Origin: Actinomycetes bacterium
GTDB taxonomy: Bacteria > Actinomycetota > Actinomycetes > DATJPE01
Direction: 5' to 3'
Assembly: GCA_031430645.1 (NCBI GenBank)
Contig: JANPBY010000190.1
Coordinates: 1-60,755 of the forward strand
DNA length: 60,755 nt
Under the pieces are notes generated by a model. It was given only the letters and a program-made list of their open reading frames with translations. It ran no database searches and had not been told where the DNA came from. The translations under genes and the position numbers were made by a program. Positions 1 to 9,533 of this stretch are shown piece by piece (position 1 is the stretch's first letter; every line of letters starts with the position of its first letter).

Positions 1-488
1 CGGTCAGCTCGCGGCGCAGCAGCAGGCTCGCTGGCCCGCCGGTCCCTAAGTCGGGCTCGAGGATGAGTGATCACCCGAACTCGACTGGCGACCCGCAGGT
101 GGCGACACAGCATGTCGGCGTACTGAGGGGAACCGGCCGGAACGTCGAGGGCTCCCACCACATCCACCGCGCCGGCGGCGATTGCGGCCTCGGGATGTCC
201 AGCTGCCGCACCGCACACGACGATGGGCGTCGGGGCTGCGGCCATGATGCGTTCGATGGCCTCAAGACCGCCGCCAAAGAGCTCCAAGTCCACCAGAACT
301 GTCGCAGGGCGCAGCTCCTTGACCAACTCCTCCGCCTGCTGGGCATCGCGCGCGAACCCGGTCACCACGAACCCCGGGCCGGCCACGAGGACCTGAAGCT
401 GACGAAGGCGGGTCTGAGTTCCGGCGACGATGAGCACGCTGACCGACAGAGGCTGCAGTGGCGTCGTAGGCACGTCGATGGCCGTCAC
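1..488 (-). CDS. cheB: CheB-like chemotaxis response regulator/methylesterase, N-terminal part (runs off the window edge)
   Basis: Not in the ORF track because there is no stop in the window. Manual translation from GTG 488 (GGAGG upstream) gives MTAIDVPTT...VLIVAGT...ELRPATVLVDLELFGGGLEAIERIMAAAPTPIVV...AAIAAGAVDVV...RVASRVRVITHPRARL, which resembles a CheB receiver plus linker. The catalytic domain is not visible. Confidence 0.7.
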   Translation of the reverse strand, partial: MTAIDVPTTPLQPLSVSVLIVAGTQTRLRQLQVLVAGPGFVVTGFARDAQQAEELVKELRPATVLVDLELFGGGLEAIERIMAAAPTPIVVCGAAAGHPEAAIAAGAVDVVGALDVPAGSPQYADMLCRHLRVASRVRVITHPRARLRDRRASEPAAAPRAD

Positions 489-547
489 CACACCTCCCCG
501 CGCCAGGTCAGAACTGGGCCATGGCAGCCAAGTCCCTCCTTGGTCCC

Positions 548-574
548 ATCGGGAGAGATCCCCCCGTCCTTGAG
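548..574 (-). promoter_or_regulatory. Candidate sigma28 (FliA/WhiG-family) promoter for the cheB-like gene
   Basis: Minus strand reads CTCA-N17-CCCGAT, close to the CTCA/TAAA-N15-17-GCCGA pattern of actinobacterial FliA/WhiG promoters. Confidence 0.4.
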
Positions 575-590
575 GCCACCCGAGCATGGG

Positions 591-1271
591 TCAGGCGAGC
601 GCGAAGGCCGCCGGTTTGCTCGTGACCGTCAAGTTGCGGCCCGTAAGGGCGTAGGTGCCGGCGGCGGCATCGGGTTGACCCGTAGGGCAGGTCCTCTTCG
701 ACGTGGAACGGGACCAGACCACCGAGGTGGAGTAGGAAGCTCCGGCCTTCAGGGTGACGATCTTCGCGGAACCACCCGGGGCGCAGTGATCGGAGGACCA
801 GATCAGCGTGTCGCCTTGAGACACGCGCAGCTCCATCGCCTTCTGTCCAACGTTTCGCTTGCAGGGCTGCTTAGACGTGTTGGTCACCTTGACCGTGAAT
901 CGTGGGTCTTGGCGGGCGGTGTACGTGGTCTTGTCCGGGGTGGCTACCACCGAGATATCACCCGCCGCGCAGGCCGCAACACCCGATCCGCTCGACGAGA
1001 CCGACGGTGCTGGACTGGCCGAGGACGAAGCAGACGGGCTCGGCGAAGGGTCCACCGACTGGGTGGGCGACGGGGTCGGGCTTCCGTCCGTGTTGGGCGA
1101 CGTGCTCGGACTCACAGCACCGTCTGGACCGCTGCCCTCGCCGCTACCGGTCACTGCCCCCCAGGCCCAGGAGGCCAGCAACAACGTCACCACGGCAAGG
1201 ACCACCAGGAGTCCGCGGCGCAGCCAGTAGGCGCGGGCCGGCAAAGGCCCGACGGGACGCAGCACGCTCAC
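591..1271 (-). CDS. Conserved membrane-anchored protein (Rv3587c-like), usual neighbour of mutY
   Basis: PVGPLPARAYWLRR plus a TM helix, a Ser/Pro linker and a C-terminal domain with WSSDHC and GTYAL. Start moved to GTG 1271 because TAGGGT lies 7 nt upstream. Confidence 0.8.
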   Translation of the reverse strand: MSVLRPVGPLPARAYWLRRGLLVVLAVVTLLLASWAWGAVTGSGEGSGPDGAVSPSTSPNTDGSPTPSPTQSVDPSPSPSASSSASPAPSVSSSGSGVAACAAGDISVVATPDKTTYTARQDPRFTVKVTNTSKQPCKRNVGQKAMELRVSQGDTLIWSSDHCAPGGSAKIVTLKAGASYSTSVVWSRSTSKRTCPTGQPDAAAGTYALTGRNLTVTSKPAAFALA

Positions 1272-1322
1272 AGCGATCACCCTAGGGGCGAACGTCGATC
1301 GAGGTGCCAGGATCGACCCAGC

Positions 1323-2246
1323 ATGGAGCGACCTGACGAAGCTGACAGCGACCCTGACCGGCCCGGCCGAGCCCTGGGCACGGCCGTCGTGCGGTGGTAC
1401 GCCAGCAACCGCCGCGATCTGCCGTGGCGCGAACCCTCGTGCACCCCTTGGGGGGTCCTGGTCTCAGAAGTGATGCTCCAGCAGACGCCGGTCGCGCGCG
1501 TGCTGCCCGTCTGGCAGGAGTGGCTCACTCGCTGGCCGGATCCAGCGTCCCTGGCGCGCGTTCCGTCCGGCGACGCAATCGCCGCGTGGGGTCGGCTGGG
1601 CTACCCGAGGCGCGCGTTGCGCCTGCACGCCTCGGCCGTGGCCTGCGTGCAACACCACAACGGCTCAGTGCCCAGCACGTACGAGGACCTACGAGAGCTG
1701 CCAGGAATCGGCGACTACACGGCCTCAGCAGTCGCGGCCTTCGCGTTCGGCCAACGCCAGGTCGTCCTCGATACGAACGTGCGCCGCGTCCTGGCGCGGG
1801 TCGACGCCGGGCGCGAGTACGAGCCTCTGGGTGCTCCCTCCGCACCCGAGCGCCGGCGAGCGGCCGCCTTGTTGCCGCTGGAACCTGCCGCGTCAGCTCA
1901 GTGGAACATCGCGATCATGGAGCTCGGAGCACTGATCTGCACCGCGCGGTCACCGAGGTGCCAGGAGTGCCCCGTTGCTGCGTCGTGTGCTTGGAGAGTG
2001 GCCGGCTCACCACCGTGGGACGGTCCCCCGCGGCGCGGGCAGTCTTATGTCGGCACCGACCGGCAGGTCCGCGGCTTGCTCCTCGCAGTACTCCGCTCAC
2101 ACGACTCAGCCGTGAACGCCGGTGCCCTCAACCAGGTGTGGCCCGACGCCCAGCAACGCGCCCGGGCGCTGGACGGCCTGGTCGCCGACGGGCTGGTCGA
2201 ACCGGTTGGGGACCAGGCCTTCCGACTCCCCGGCCGGGGCCGCTGA
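1323..2246 (+). CDS. mutY: A/G-specific adenine DNA glycosylase
   Basis: RDLPWR, VSEVMLQQT, WGRLGYPRRA, HhH motif LPGIGDYTA, LDTNVRRV and Fe-S motif CTARSPRCQECPVAASC. This is the C-terminal part of track ORF 63..2246; start set at ATG 1323. Confidence 0.95.
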   Translation: MERPDEADSDPDRPGRALGTAVVRWYASNRRDLPWREPSCTPWGVLVSEVMLQQTPVARVLPVWQEWLTRWPDPASLARVPSGDAIAAWGRLGYPRRALRLHASAVACVQHHNGSVPSTYEDLRELPGIGDYTASAVAAFAFGQRQVVLDTNVRRVLARVDAGREYEPLGAPSAPERRRAAALLPLEPAASAQWNIAIMELGALICTARSPRCQECPVAASCAWRVAGSPPWDGPPRRGQSYVGTDRQVRGLLLAVLRSHDSAVNAGALNQVWPDAQQRARALDGLVADGLVEPVGDQAFRLPGRGR

Positions 2247-2256
2247 AGGGGCTTGG

Positions 2257-3144
2257 TCAGCGCACAAGTCGGACCGCCCCAGCCGGTGGTTCCTCGACCC
2301 GATCCGGATGGAGCAGCCAGGCCAGGGCCTCAACGCCGTCAACCAGCCGCGGGCCGGGACGTACCACGATTCCGTCCGCGTCGATGGCCCACACCGGGAC
2401 ACCTGGGGGGAGGAAAGGGAGTACGGCTTCGGCTTGTGCCGCGGCTCCCTCGAGATGGAACCCGCACGGGGACACGACGACGACGTCCGGCTCGGCCGAG
2501 GCGAGCCGATCCCAGCTCGTCACGACCGACCGTGCATGAGCCGTGGCGCCGACGGCCGTCCCCCCGGCTGCGACGACAAGATCAGGCACCCAGTGCCCGG
2601 CGGTGAACGGCGGGTCAACCCACTCCACGACAGCAACCCGAGGGCGGGGTGCCGCCGCCACAGCAGCGGCGACTTCACCTAGTCGCGCGCGCAACCCTTC
2701 GACAATCCCTAGTCCCCGATCCAGAACACCTGCCCGCTGGGCGACCTGCACGACCGTGTCGAGGACGTCCGCCAGACTGTGCGGGTCTAGGGCGAGGACC
2801 TCGGCCGCACAGCCCAGATGGTCCAACGCCTCCTCAACGGTCCCCGAAGGCAGCGCGCACACCCGACACAGGTCTTGGGTGAGGATCAAGTCGGGCTCGA
2901 GCCCGGCGAGAGCGCCCGCGTGGAGGGTGTAAAGCTCCTCGCCCGAGGCCAGTTGTGCGCGAACGTAGGCGTCAATCGCTCCCGGTGTCATCCCCCGGGT
3001 GTCTCGCCCCCCGACGACGACGGTCTTGTCGATGCGTGCGCGCGCCGGTTCGTCGCACTCGAAGGTGACCCCGACGAGCTGATCGTCCAGCCCTAGGGCA
3101 TAGACGATCTCGGTGGCTGACGGCAACAACGAGACGATCCGCAC
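2257..3144 (-). CDS. BtuF/cobalamin-binding-like protein (helical-backbone fold), no signal peptide
   Basis: MRIVSLLPSATEIVYALG, LVGVTFECD, PDLILTQDLC, AGHWVP and RPGPRLVDG. Confidence 0.85.
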   Translation of the reverse strand: MRIVSLLPSATEIVYALGLDDQLVGVTFECDEPARARIDKTVVVGGRDTRGMTPGAIDAYVRAQLASGEELYTLHAGALAGLEPDLILTQDLCRVCALPSGTVEEALDHLGCAAEVLALDPHSLADVLDTVVQVAQRAGVLDRGLGIVEGLRARLGEVAAAVAAAPRPRVAVVEWVDPPFTAGHWVPDLVVAAGGTAVGATAHARSVVTSWDRLASAEPDVVVVSPCGFHLEGAAAQAEAVLPFLPPGVPVWAIDADGIVVRPGPRLVDGVEALAWLLHPDRVEEPPAGAVRLVR

Positions 3145-3184
3145 GCCAGCAGCGTACGGATCGTGTCGATCAATGTGGACCGGG

Positions 3185-5695
3185 CTACTCCGGGGAGCTC
3201 GCTGCTTCGATCGGCGGCAGGTCCGGAACGGTCGACTTTGCCTCTTGGCGGAAGATGAACTCGAGCTTGTCGGTCTCGCCCTCCATCACTGCGGTGTCGA
3301 CAAGGACGACGTGGCCCGGGGTCAGTTCGGAGAACAAGATCTTCTCCGACAGCACGTCTTCGATCTCGCGCTGGATCGTGCGACGCAGCGGCCGCGCACC
3401 CATGACCGGGTCGTAGCCCTTCTCTGCCAACAGTTGCTTCGCCGACGACGTGAGCTCGATGCCCATGTCCTTGTCGCGCAACCGATCGTCGAGCCGGGCC
3501 AGCATCAGGTCGACGATGGTGACGATCTCTTCCTGCGTCAGCTGGTGGAAGACCACGACGTCATCGATGCGGTTGAGGAACTCGGGGCGGAAGTGCTGCT
3601 TGAGCTCGTCGGTGACCTTGGCCTTCATCCGCTCGTAGTTGGTCTGGGTGTCGCCCGTTGCAGCAAAGCCCATCCCGAACCCCTTGGAGATGTCCCGGGT
3701 GCCCAAGTTGGTCGTCATGATGATCACGGTGTTCTTGAAGTCGATCACGCGACCCTGGCTGTCGGTCAGGCGTCCATCTTCGAGGATCTGCAACAGGCTG
3801 TTGAAGATATCCGGGTGCGCTTTTTCGACCTCGTCGAAGAGCACGACCGAGAATGGCTTGCGCCGCACCTTTTCAGTCAGCTGGCCGCCCTCTTCGTAGC
3901 CGACGTACCCGGGAGGCGAACCGAAGAGCCGAGAAACCGTGTGCTTCTCGGAGAACTCGCTCATGTCTAGCTGGATGAGGGAGTCCTCGTCGCCGAACAG
4001 GAACTCGGCAAGGGTCTTGGAGAGCTCGGTCTTCCCGACACCGGAGGGCCCCGCGAAGATGAACGAACCGCCGGGGCGCTTGGGGTCCTTGAGACCGGCC
4101 CGGGTGCGCCGAATAGCCTGGCTCAGCGCCTTGATCGCCTGCTCCTGGCCGATCACCCGCTTGTGCAGCTCGTCTTCCATGCGCAGCAGGCGAGCGGACT
4201 CTTCCTCGGTGAGCTTGAAGACCGGGATACCGGTCGAAGCCGCGAGGACCTCAGCAATGAGTTCCTCGTCGACCTCGGCAACAACATCCATGTCGCCGGC
4301 CTTCCACTCGCGCTCGCGGGTGGCCTTCTCCGCCAGGAGAGTCTTCTCCTTGTCACGCAGCGAAGCCGCCAGCTCAAAGTCCTGGGCGTCGATCGCGGAC
4401 TCCTTCTCGCGGCGAACCGAGGCGATGCGCTCGTCGAACTCTCGCAGGTCCGGCGGTGCGGTCATCCGACGGATGCGCAGGCGAGCGCCTGCTTCGTCGA
4501 TGAGGTCGATCGCCTTGTCGGGGAGGAACCGGTCGCTGATGTAACGGTCGGCCAAGGTGGCCGCAGCCACGATGGCGGAGTCAGTGATGGAGACCCGGTG
4601 GTGCGCCTCGTAGCGGTCGCGCAGCCCCTTGAGGATCTCGATCGTGTGGGCGAGGGTCGGCTCGGCCACCTGGATCGGCTGGAAGCGGCGCTCGAGGGCG
4701 GCGTCCTTCTCGAGGTGCTTGCGGTATTCGTCGAGGGTCGTGGCGCCGATGGTCTGCAGCTCACCCCGGGCCAGCATCGGCTTGAGGATGCTGGCGGCGT
4801 CGATGGCACCCTCAGCGGCTCCCGCGCCCACGAGGGTGTGCAACTCGTCGATGAACAAGATGATGTCGCCGCGGGTGCGGATCTCCTTGAGGACCTTCTT
4901 CAACCGCTCCTCGAAGTCGCCGCGGTAGCGACTGCCGGCAACCAGCGCGCCGAGATCGAGACTGTAGAGCTGCTTGTCCTTGAGCGTCTCGGGCACCTCG
5001 CCCTTGACGATCGCTTGGGCCAGGCCCTCGACGCACGCGGTCTTGCCGACGCCAGGCTCCCCGATGAGGACCGGGTTGTTCTTGGTGCGCCGGGACAGCA
5101 CCTGCATCACCCGCTCGATCTCTTTCTCACGACCGATCACGGGGTCGAGCTTTCCCTCGCGGGCGGCAGCGGTGTAGTTGCGACCGAACTGGTCGAGGAC
5201 GAGCGAGGTTGATGGAGCCTCGGCAGACGGGCCGCCGGCAGCGGCCGGTTCCTTGCCCTGGTAGCCGGACAGGAGCTGGATGACCTGCTGGCGCACTCGG
5301 TTGAGGTCGGCGCCGAGCTTGACAAGAACCTGGGCGGCCACGCCTTCGCCCTCGCGGATCAGCCCGAGCAGGATGTGCTCGGTGCCGATGTAGTTGTGGC
5401 CGAGCTGCAACGCCTCGCGCAGGGAGAGTTCGAGGACCTTCTTGGCGCGCGGGGTGAAGGGGATGTGACCCGACGGTGCCTGCTGGCCCTGGCCAATGAT
5501 CTCTTCGACCTGCTGGCGGACGGCCTCGAGAGAGATGCCCAAGGACTCAAGGGCCTTGGCGGCGACGCCCTCACCCTCGTGGATCAGCCCGAGCAGGATG
5601 TGCTCGGTGCCGATGTAGTTGTGGTTGAGCATCCGGGCCTCTTCTTGGGCCAAGACCACAACCCGCCGCGCGCGGTCGGTAAATCTCTCGAACAT
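3185..5695 (-). CDS. clpC: ATP-dependent Clp protease ATP-binding subunit ClpC
   Basis: [12 protein letters not shown]-terminus, two Clp-N repeats, Walker A motifs GEPGVGKT and GPSGVGKT. Confidence 0.99.
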   Translation of the reverse strand: MFERFTDRARRVVVLAQEEARMLNHNYIGTEHILLGLIHEGEGVAAKALESLGISLEAVRQQVEEIIGQGQQAPSGHIPFTPRAKKVLELSLREALQLGHNYIGTEHILLGLIREGEGVAAQVLVKLGADLNRVRQQVIQLLSGYQGKEPAAAGGPSAEAPSTSLVLDQFGRNYTAAAREGKLDPVIGREKEIERVMQVLSRRTKNNPVLIGEPGVGKTACVEGLAQAIVKGEVPETLKDKQLYSLDLGALVAGSRYRGDFEERLKKVLKEIRTRGDIILFIDELHTLVGAGAAEGAIDAASILKPMLARGELQTIGATTLDEYRKHLEKDAALERRFQPIQVAEPTLAHTIEILKGLRDRYEAHHRVSITDSAIVAAATLADRYISDRFLPDKAIDLIDEAGARLRIRRMTAPPDLREFDERIASVRREKESAIDAQDFELAASLRDKEKTLLAEKATREREWKAGDMDVVAEVDEELIAEVLAASTGIPVFKLTEEESARLLRMEDELHKRVIGQEQAIKALSQAIRRTRAGLKDPKRPGGSFIFAGPSGVGKTELSKTLAEFLFGDEDSLIQLDMSEFSEKHTVSRLFGSPPGYVGYEEGGQLTEKVRRKPFSVVLFDEVEKAHPDIFNSLLQILEDGRLTDSQGRVIDFKNTVIIMTTNLGTRDISKGFGMGFAATGDTQTNYERMKAKVTDELKQHFRPEFLNRIDDVVVFHQLTQEEIVTIVDLMLARLDDRLRDKDMGIELTSSAKQLLAEKGYDPVMGARPLRRTIQREIEDVLSEKILFSELTPGHVVLVDTAVMEGETDKLEFIFRQEAKSTVPDLPPIEAASSPE

Positions 5696-5839
5696 CTCGC
5701 GCTCCTCGCACCGGCGGTGTCCACGCTCCTGGGTGCCAGGAGCGGGTCTGACTCATGCTAGCCGTGAGCGCCGCCTGCGCCTTTCGACATCGGCCGCGTT
5801 TCACCTGTTTGCAACACTTCATGTACTCAACACTGTGAA

Positions 5840-5866
5840 CAACCCGGCTGGGCGCTCAGGGGTTCC
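5840..5866 (-). promoter_or_regulatory. SigR/SigH-type ECF promoter upstream of clpC
   Basis: Minus strand GGAAC-N18-GTTG matches the SigR/SigH consensus; clpC is an established member of that regulon. Confidence 0.65.
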
Positions 5867-5874
5867 CGGTGGAC

Positions 5875-5891
5875 GTACGCCTCCGGCGAAC
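5875..5891. promoter_or_regulatory. ClgR operator
   Basis: Minus strand GTTCGC-CGGAG-GCGTAC matches the GTTCGC-N5-GCG ClgR consensus and lies just upstream of the clpC promoter. Confidence 0.7.
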
Positions 5892-5956
5892 ACGGCCTGG
5901 TCGGCCCGCATAGACCCGCGTAGAACGGGTGTCGCCGACGTCGTACCTTCAGTTCT

Positions 5957-6613
5957 ATGAGCGAACTCGCGGACGTGGTCGTGGTCGTCGGCGCCGGACC
6001 CGGGATGGGGCTGGCGGTGGCGCGCCGATTTGCCGCTGAGGGCTTCCGCCCGGTGCTTGTCGCCCGCGACCCAGCCCGCATCGATGCGCCGGACCTCGAG
6101 GCGCTCGGGGCCGTACGGCTGGCGGCGGACGTGGCCGACGAAGGGTCGCTGCGCGCCGCATTCGCCCAGGTCAGAGACTTGCTGGGCGATCCGTCGGTCC
6201 TCGTCTACAACCCGTCGCTGATGATCCCCGGGCTGCCCACGGAGGTCACGCCAGCCGACATCGCCCATGGCTTCGCGGTAGGGGTCCTCGGCGCCGTCGC
6301 GGCAGCGCAAGAGGTCGTGCCCGCCATGAAGGCGGCCGGCGAGGGGACGTTGCTGTTCACTGGGGGAGGGCTGGGGATCAAGCCCTGGGCGCCGGCCGCA
6401 GCCCTGGGGATGCAGAAGGCCGCCTTGCGCAACTATGTGCTCGCCCTGGCCGACGAGTTGAGCCCGCTCGGCATCCACGCCGCCACGGTCACCATCCAGG
6501 GCGTGGTCGGCTCCAAGCCCGCGTTCGCCCCAGAGGCCCTGGCCGAGCACTACTGGACCCTGCACAGCCAACCCCAGGCCTCCTGGCAGCCCGAGCTCCT
6601 GGCAACGGGATAA
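5957..6613 (+). CDS. Short-chain dehydrogenase/reductase (atypical)
   Basis: VVGAGPGMG Rossmann motif, LVYNP and LLFTGGG; LGMQK stands in place of YxxxK. Confidence 0.9.
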   Translation: MSELADVVVVVGAGPGMGLAVARRFAAEGFRPVLVARDPARIDAPDLEALGAVRLAADVADEGSLRAAFAQVRDLLGDPSVLVYNPSLMIPGLPTEVTPADIAHGFAVGVLGAVAAAQEVVPAMKAAGEGTLLFTGGGLGIKPWAPAAALGMQKAALRNYVLALADELSPLGIHAATVTIQGVVGSKPAFAPEALAEHYWTLHSQPQASWQPELLATG

Positions 6614-6638
6614 CTCGCCCTTGTCCATGAAGGACGAG

Positions 6639-7028
6639 TTACCCCGTTGGGGCAGCCCAGCGGGCGGTCAGGGCGGTGAGTTCGGGGGCCGTCAGCGGGC
6701 GACTGCTTCCGGCGACCGGGTCGCGCGCCACGACGATGGACACGCTCTCGGCTGCCAGGGTGCCGTCGGCGAACCGGATCACCTCAGCGGTCCGCACACT
6801 CGACCGGCCCCAGCCGGTGACCCGACTTGAGACGGTCACCGTCGCGTCGGCCTGGGTGATCTCGCGCCGATAATCGATGGAGACGTGCGCGAGGACGAAG
6901 TCGTACGCCTGCTCGCCGAACAACTCGTCCATCGCCTGGTCGCGCGCCGCTTCCAGGTAGTTGAGGAAGACCGCGTTGTTCACGTGTCGGTAGGCGTCCA
7001 TGTCGGCCCAGCGGACCTGGACGGTCAC
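6639..7028 (-). CDS. Acyl-CoA thioesterase (4HBT/YbgC hotdog family)
   Basis: VRWADMDAYRHVNNAVFLNYLEAAR. Start uncertain: GTG 7028, or CTG 7064 overlapping the lsr2 stop. Confidence 0.85.
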   Translation of the reverse strand: MTVQVRWADMDAYRHVNNAVFLNYLEAARDQAMDELFGEQAYDFVLAHVSIDYRREITQADATVTVSSRVTGWGRSSVRTAEVIRFADGTLAAESVSIVVARDPVAGSSRPLTAPELTALTARWAAPTG

Positions 7029-7060
7029 CTCAACTGCCGCCCTCGACGGCGAGGCCTCAG

Positions 7061-7393
7061 TCAGTGCGCGGCCGTGTACTGCGCGCGCAGCTCCGCCGAG
7101 ATCCGGCCCCGCTCGCTGACCGGGATGCCCCTGCTCATCGCCCACTCGCGGATCGCCGCACTGTCGTTGGTCCCGCGTCCACCGCGGCCACGACCGCCGG
7201 CACGACGTCCCCGCGACCCACTGGCCTTGCGGGCCAGGCCGACCCACTCCGCAAGGTCGTTGCGCAGCCGAGCCGCGTTCTTCTTCGACAGGTCGATCTC
7301 GTAGGCAACCCCGTCAAGGGCAAAAGCGACGGTCTCGTCTGCTGGTCCGCCATCGACGTCATCGACAAGGATGATTTGGACTTTCTGCGCCAT
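7061..7393 (-). CDS. lsr2: Nucleoid-associated protein Lsr2
   Basis: LVDDVDGGPADETVAFALDGVAYEIDLS and AIREWA...VSERGRI. Confidence 0.98.
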   Translation of the reverse strand: MAQKVQIILVDDVDGGPADETVAFALDGVAYEIDLSKKNAARLRNDLAEWVGLARKASGSRGRRAGGRGRGGRGTNDSAAIREWAMSRGIPVSERGRISAELRAQYTAAH

Positions 7394-7449
7394 CGGGATA
7401 ACTCCTCAGGAAAGACGAATGTGAGCACAGGCTATTGCCACGATCAAGG

Positions 7450-7959
7450 TCAAGACAAACGCAACAGCATTCGAGTGTTACCAAGGGTGTTGGGTTTCAC
7501 CCGGTCCAGGTCCAGGAATTCGGCCACGCCTTCGTCATAGGACTGCAGCAGTTGCTCATAGACCGCATGGCTCACCGGAGCGCCGTCCAACTCGGCGAAA
7601 CCGTGTCGACCGAAAAACTCGGTCTCGAACGTCAAACAGAAGACCCTGCGAACGCCGACCTCTCGGGCATTGTTGAGCAATCGCCCAAGAATGAGGGATC
7701 CGATCCCCTGTTTCACGAACGCTGGGGCTACGGCGACAGTGCGGACCTCCCCCAAGTCCTCCCACAGCACGTGCAAGGCGCCGCATCCCACGACCCGGCC
7801 ATCACGCTCAGCGACGACGAATTCCTGCACGTCCTCGTAAAGGGTCACCGTGGCTTTCGACAAGAGCCGTCGGTCGTCGGCATGCTGATCGACCAACTCC
7901 CTAATTGAAGCGACGTCAGCCGTCCGGGCACGCCGAACATGCACCTCGGGCGCGGTCAC
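7450..7959 (-). CDS. argA: Amino-acid N-acetyltransferase (short GNAT ArgA type)
   Basis: LYEDVQEF, VGCGALHVLWEDLGEVRTVAV, FCLTFE and KPNTLGNTRM; conserved position beside lsr2. Confidence 0.8.
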   Translation of the reverse strand: MTAPEVHVRRARTADVASIRELVDQHADDRRLLSKATVTLYEDVQEFVVAERDGRVVGCGALHVLWEDLGEVRTVAVAPAFVKQGIGSLILGRLLNNAREVGVRRVFCLTFETEFFGRHGFAELDGAPVSHAVYEQLLQSYDEGVAEFLDLDRVKPNTLGNTRMLLRLS

Positions 7960-9489
7960 TCAGTTTTCCGGCTTCACCAGGGGAAACAGGATCGTCTCCC
8001 GGATGCTCCTGACCCCCGTAAGAGCCATGAGGAGCCGATCGATTCCCACCCCGACACCACCCATCGGCGGCATGCCGTACTCCATCGCGCGCAGGAAATC
8101 CTCGTCCAAGGGCATCGCCTCGACATCGCCGCCCGCGGCCAGCCGGGCCTGCTCCTCGAAGCGCTGCCGTTGGATCACGGGATCGACGAGTTCGGAGTAG
8201 CCAGTGCCGAGCTCGAAGCCTGCGATGTAGAGGTCCCACTTCTCCACGACGCCGGGCTGACTGCGGTGCTGGCGCACGAGCGGAGAGGTGTCGACGGGAA
8301 AGTCGAGGACGAAGGTCGGGCCGCCGAACGTTGGGACGACATGGTGCTCGAACAATTCCTCGACCAGCTTGCCGTGGATCGCGCTGCCGTCATAGGTGAT
8401 CTCAGCCGCGGTGGCCAAGGCGCGGAGCCGCTCGATCGGAGTCTCCGGGGCGATCTCCTCGCCGACGGCTGCTGAGACGGCCGGGAACATCGAGACCCGG
8501 TCCCACTCGCCGCCCAGGTCGAACTCTGAGCCGTCGAGGTGCGTGACGGTGGTCGAGCCAACGGCCGACACAGCAGCCTCCTGCACCAAGGAGCGAGTGA
8601 GTGCCGCAACGGAGTAGTAATCCTCGTAGGCGGCATAGAACTCGAGCATTGCGAACTCGGGGCTGTGCGTAGAGTCCGCGCCCTCGTTGCGGAAGTTTCG
8701 GTTGATCTCGAACACCCGCTCCATGCCACCCACGACGCAACGCTTGAGGAACAGCTCGGGAGCGATCCGCAAGAACACGTCAAGGTCGAAAGCGTGGGCA
8801 TGGGTGACGAAGGGACGCGCCGCCGCGCCGCCCTGGAGGGTCTGCAGCATCGGCGTCTCGACCTCGACGAAACCCCGGTTGGCGAAGCTTTCCCGCAACG
8901 AACGCACGACGGCTGGCCGCAACAGGGCCATCGTCCGTGCCTCCGGACGCATGACCAGGTCGACGTAGCGCTGACGCACCCGGGTTTCCTCGGACAGGGC
9001 CTTGTGCGACACCGGCAACGGACGCAGGGCCTTGCTGGTCATCGCCCAGGAACTGGCGAGCACGGACAGCTCCCCACGGCGCGAGGAGATGACCTCACCC
9101 GTCGCACCGACGTGGTCACCGAGATCAACATCGGACTTCCACGCAGCGAGGGCTTCCTCGCCGACGCGATCCAAGGACAGCATGACCTGGAGCTCGGTGC
9201 CGTCTCCTGCGCGCAGCATCGCAAAGCAGAGCTTGCCGGTATTGCGGACGAACATCACCCGACCGACAACTCCGACCTGCTCCCCCGTCTCGGTTCCGTC
9301 CTCGAGCTCTGGCCAGGCAGCGCGAACCTCGGCCAGGGTGTGGGTCCGCGGGTAGCCCAGGGCGTACGGCTCGACGCCGGTATCGAGCAACCGCTGCCGC
9401 TTCTCGCGACGTACCCGCATCTGTTCGGGCAGCTCGTCTTCGGGATAGACGTCCTGCCCGGGGGGCGCGTCAGGCGGGTGATCATCCAT
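7960..9489 (-). CDS. lysS: Lysine--tRNA ligase (class II)
   Basis: [33 protein letters not shown] and [16 protein letters not shown]. Confidence 0.98.
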   Translation of the reverse strand: MDDHPPDAPPGQDVYPEDELPEQMRVRREKRQRLLDTGVEPYALGYPRTHTLAEVRAAWPELEDGTETGEQVGVVGRVMFVRNTGKLCFAMLRAGDGTELQVMLSLDRVGEEALAAWKSDVDLGDHVGATGEVISSRRGELSVLASSWAMTSKALRPLPVSHKALSEETRVRQRYVDLVMRPEARTMALLRPAVVRSLRESFANRGFVEVETPMLQTLQGGAAARPFVTHAHAFDLDVFLRIAPELFLKRCVVGGMERVFEINRNFRNEGADSTHSPEFAMLEFYAAYEDYYSVAALTRSLVQEAAVSAVGSTTVTHLDGSEFDLGGEWDRVSMFPAVSAAVGEEIAPETPIERLRALATAAEITYDGSAIHGKLVEELFEHHVVPTFGGPTFVLDFPVDTSPLVRQHRSQPGVVEKWDLYIAGFELGTGYSELVDPVIQRQRFEEQARLAAGGDVEAMPLDEDFLRAMEYGMPPMGGVGVGIDRLLMALTGVRSIRETILFPLVKPEN

Positions 9490-9533
9490 GGCGCACCAGG
9501 CTATCGGTCCGCAACCGGCGCTAGCGTTGAGCC

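Noticed and set aside
63-1322. Apparent 420-aa N-terminal extension of MutY (727-aa ORF)
   Set aside because: It is an antisense shadow frame of two real minus-strand genes, is Arg/Gly-rich with no domain, and such open frames are expected at high GC.
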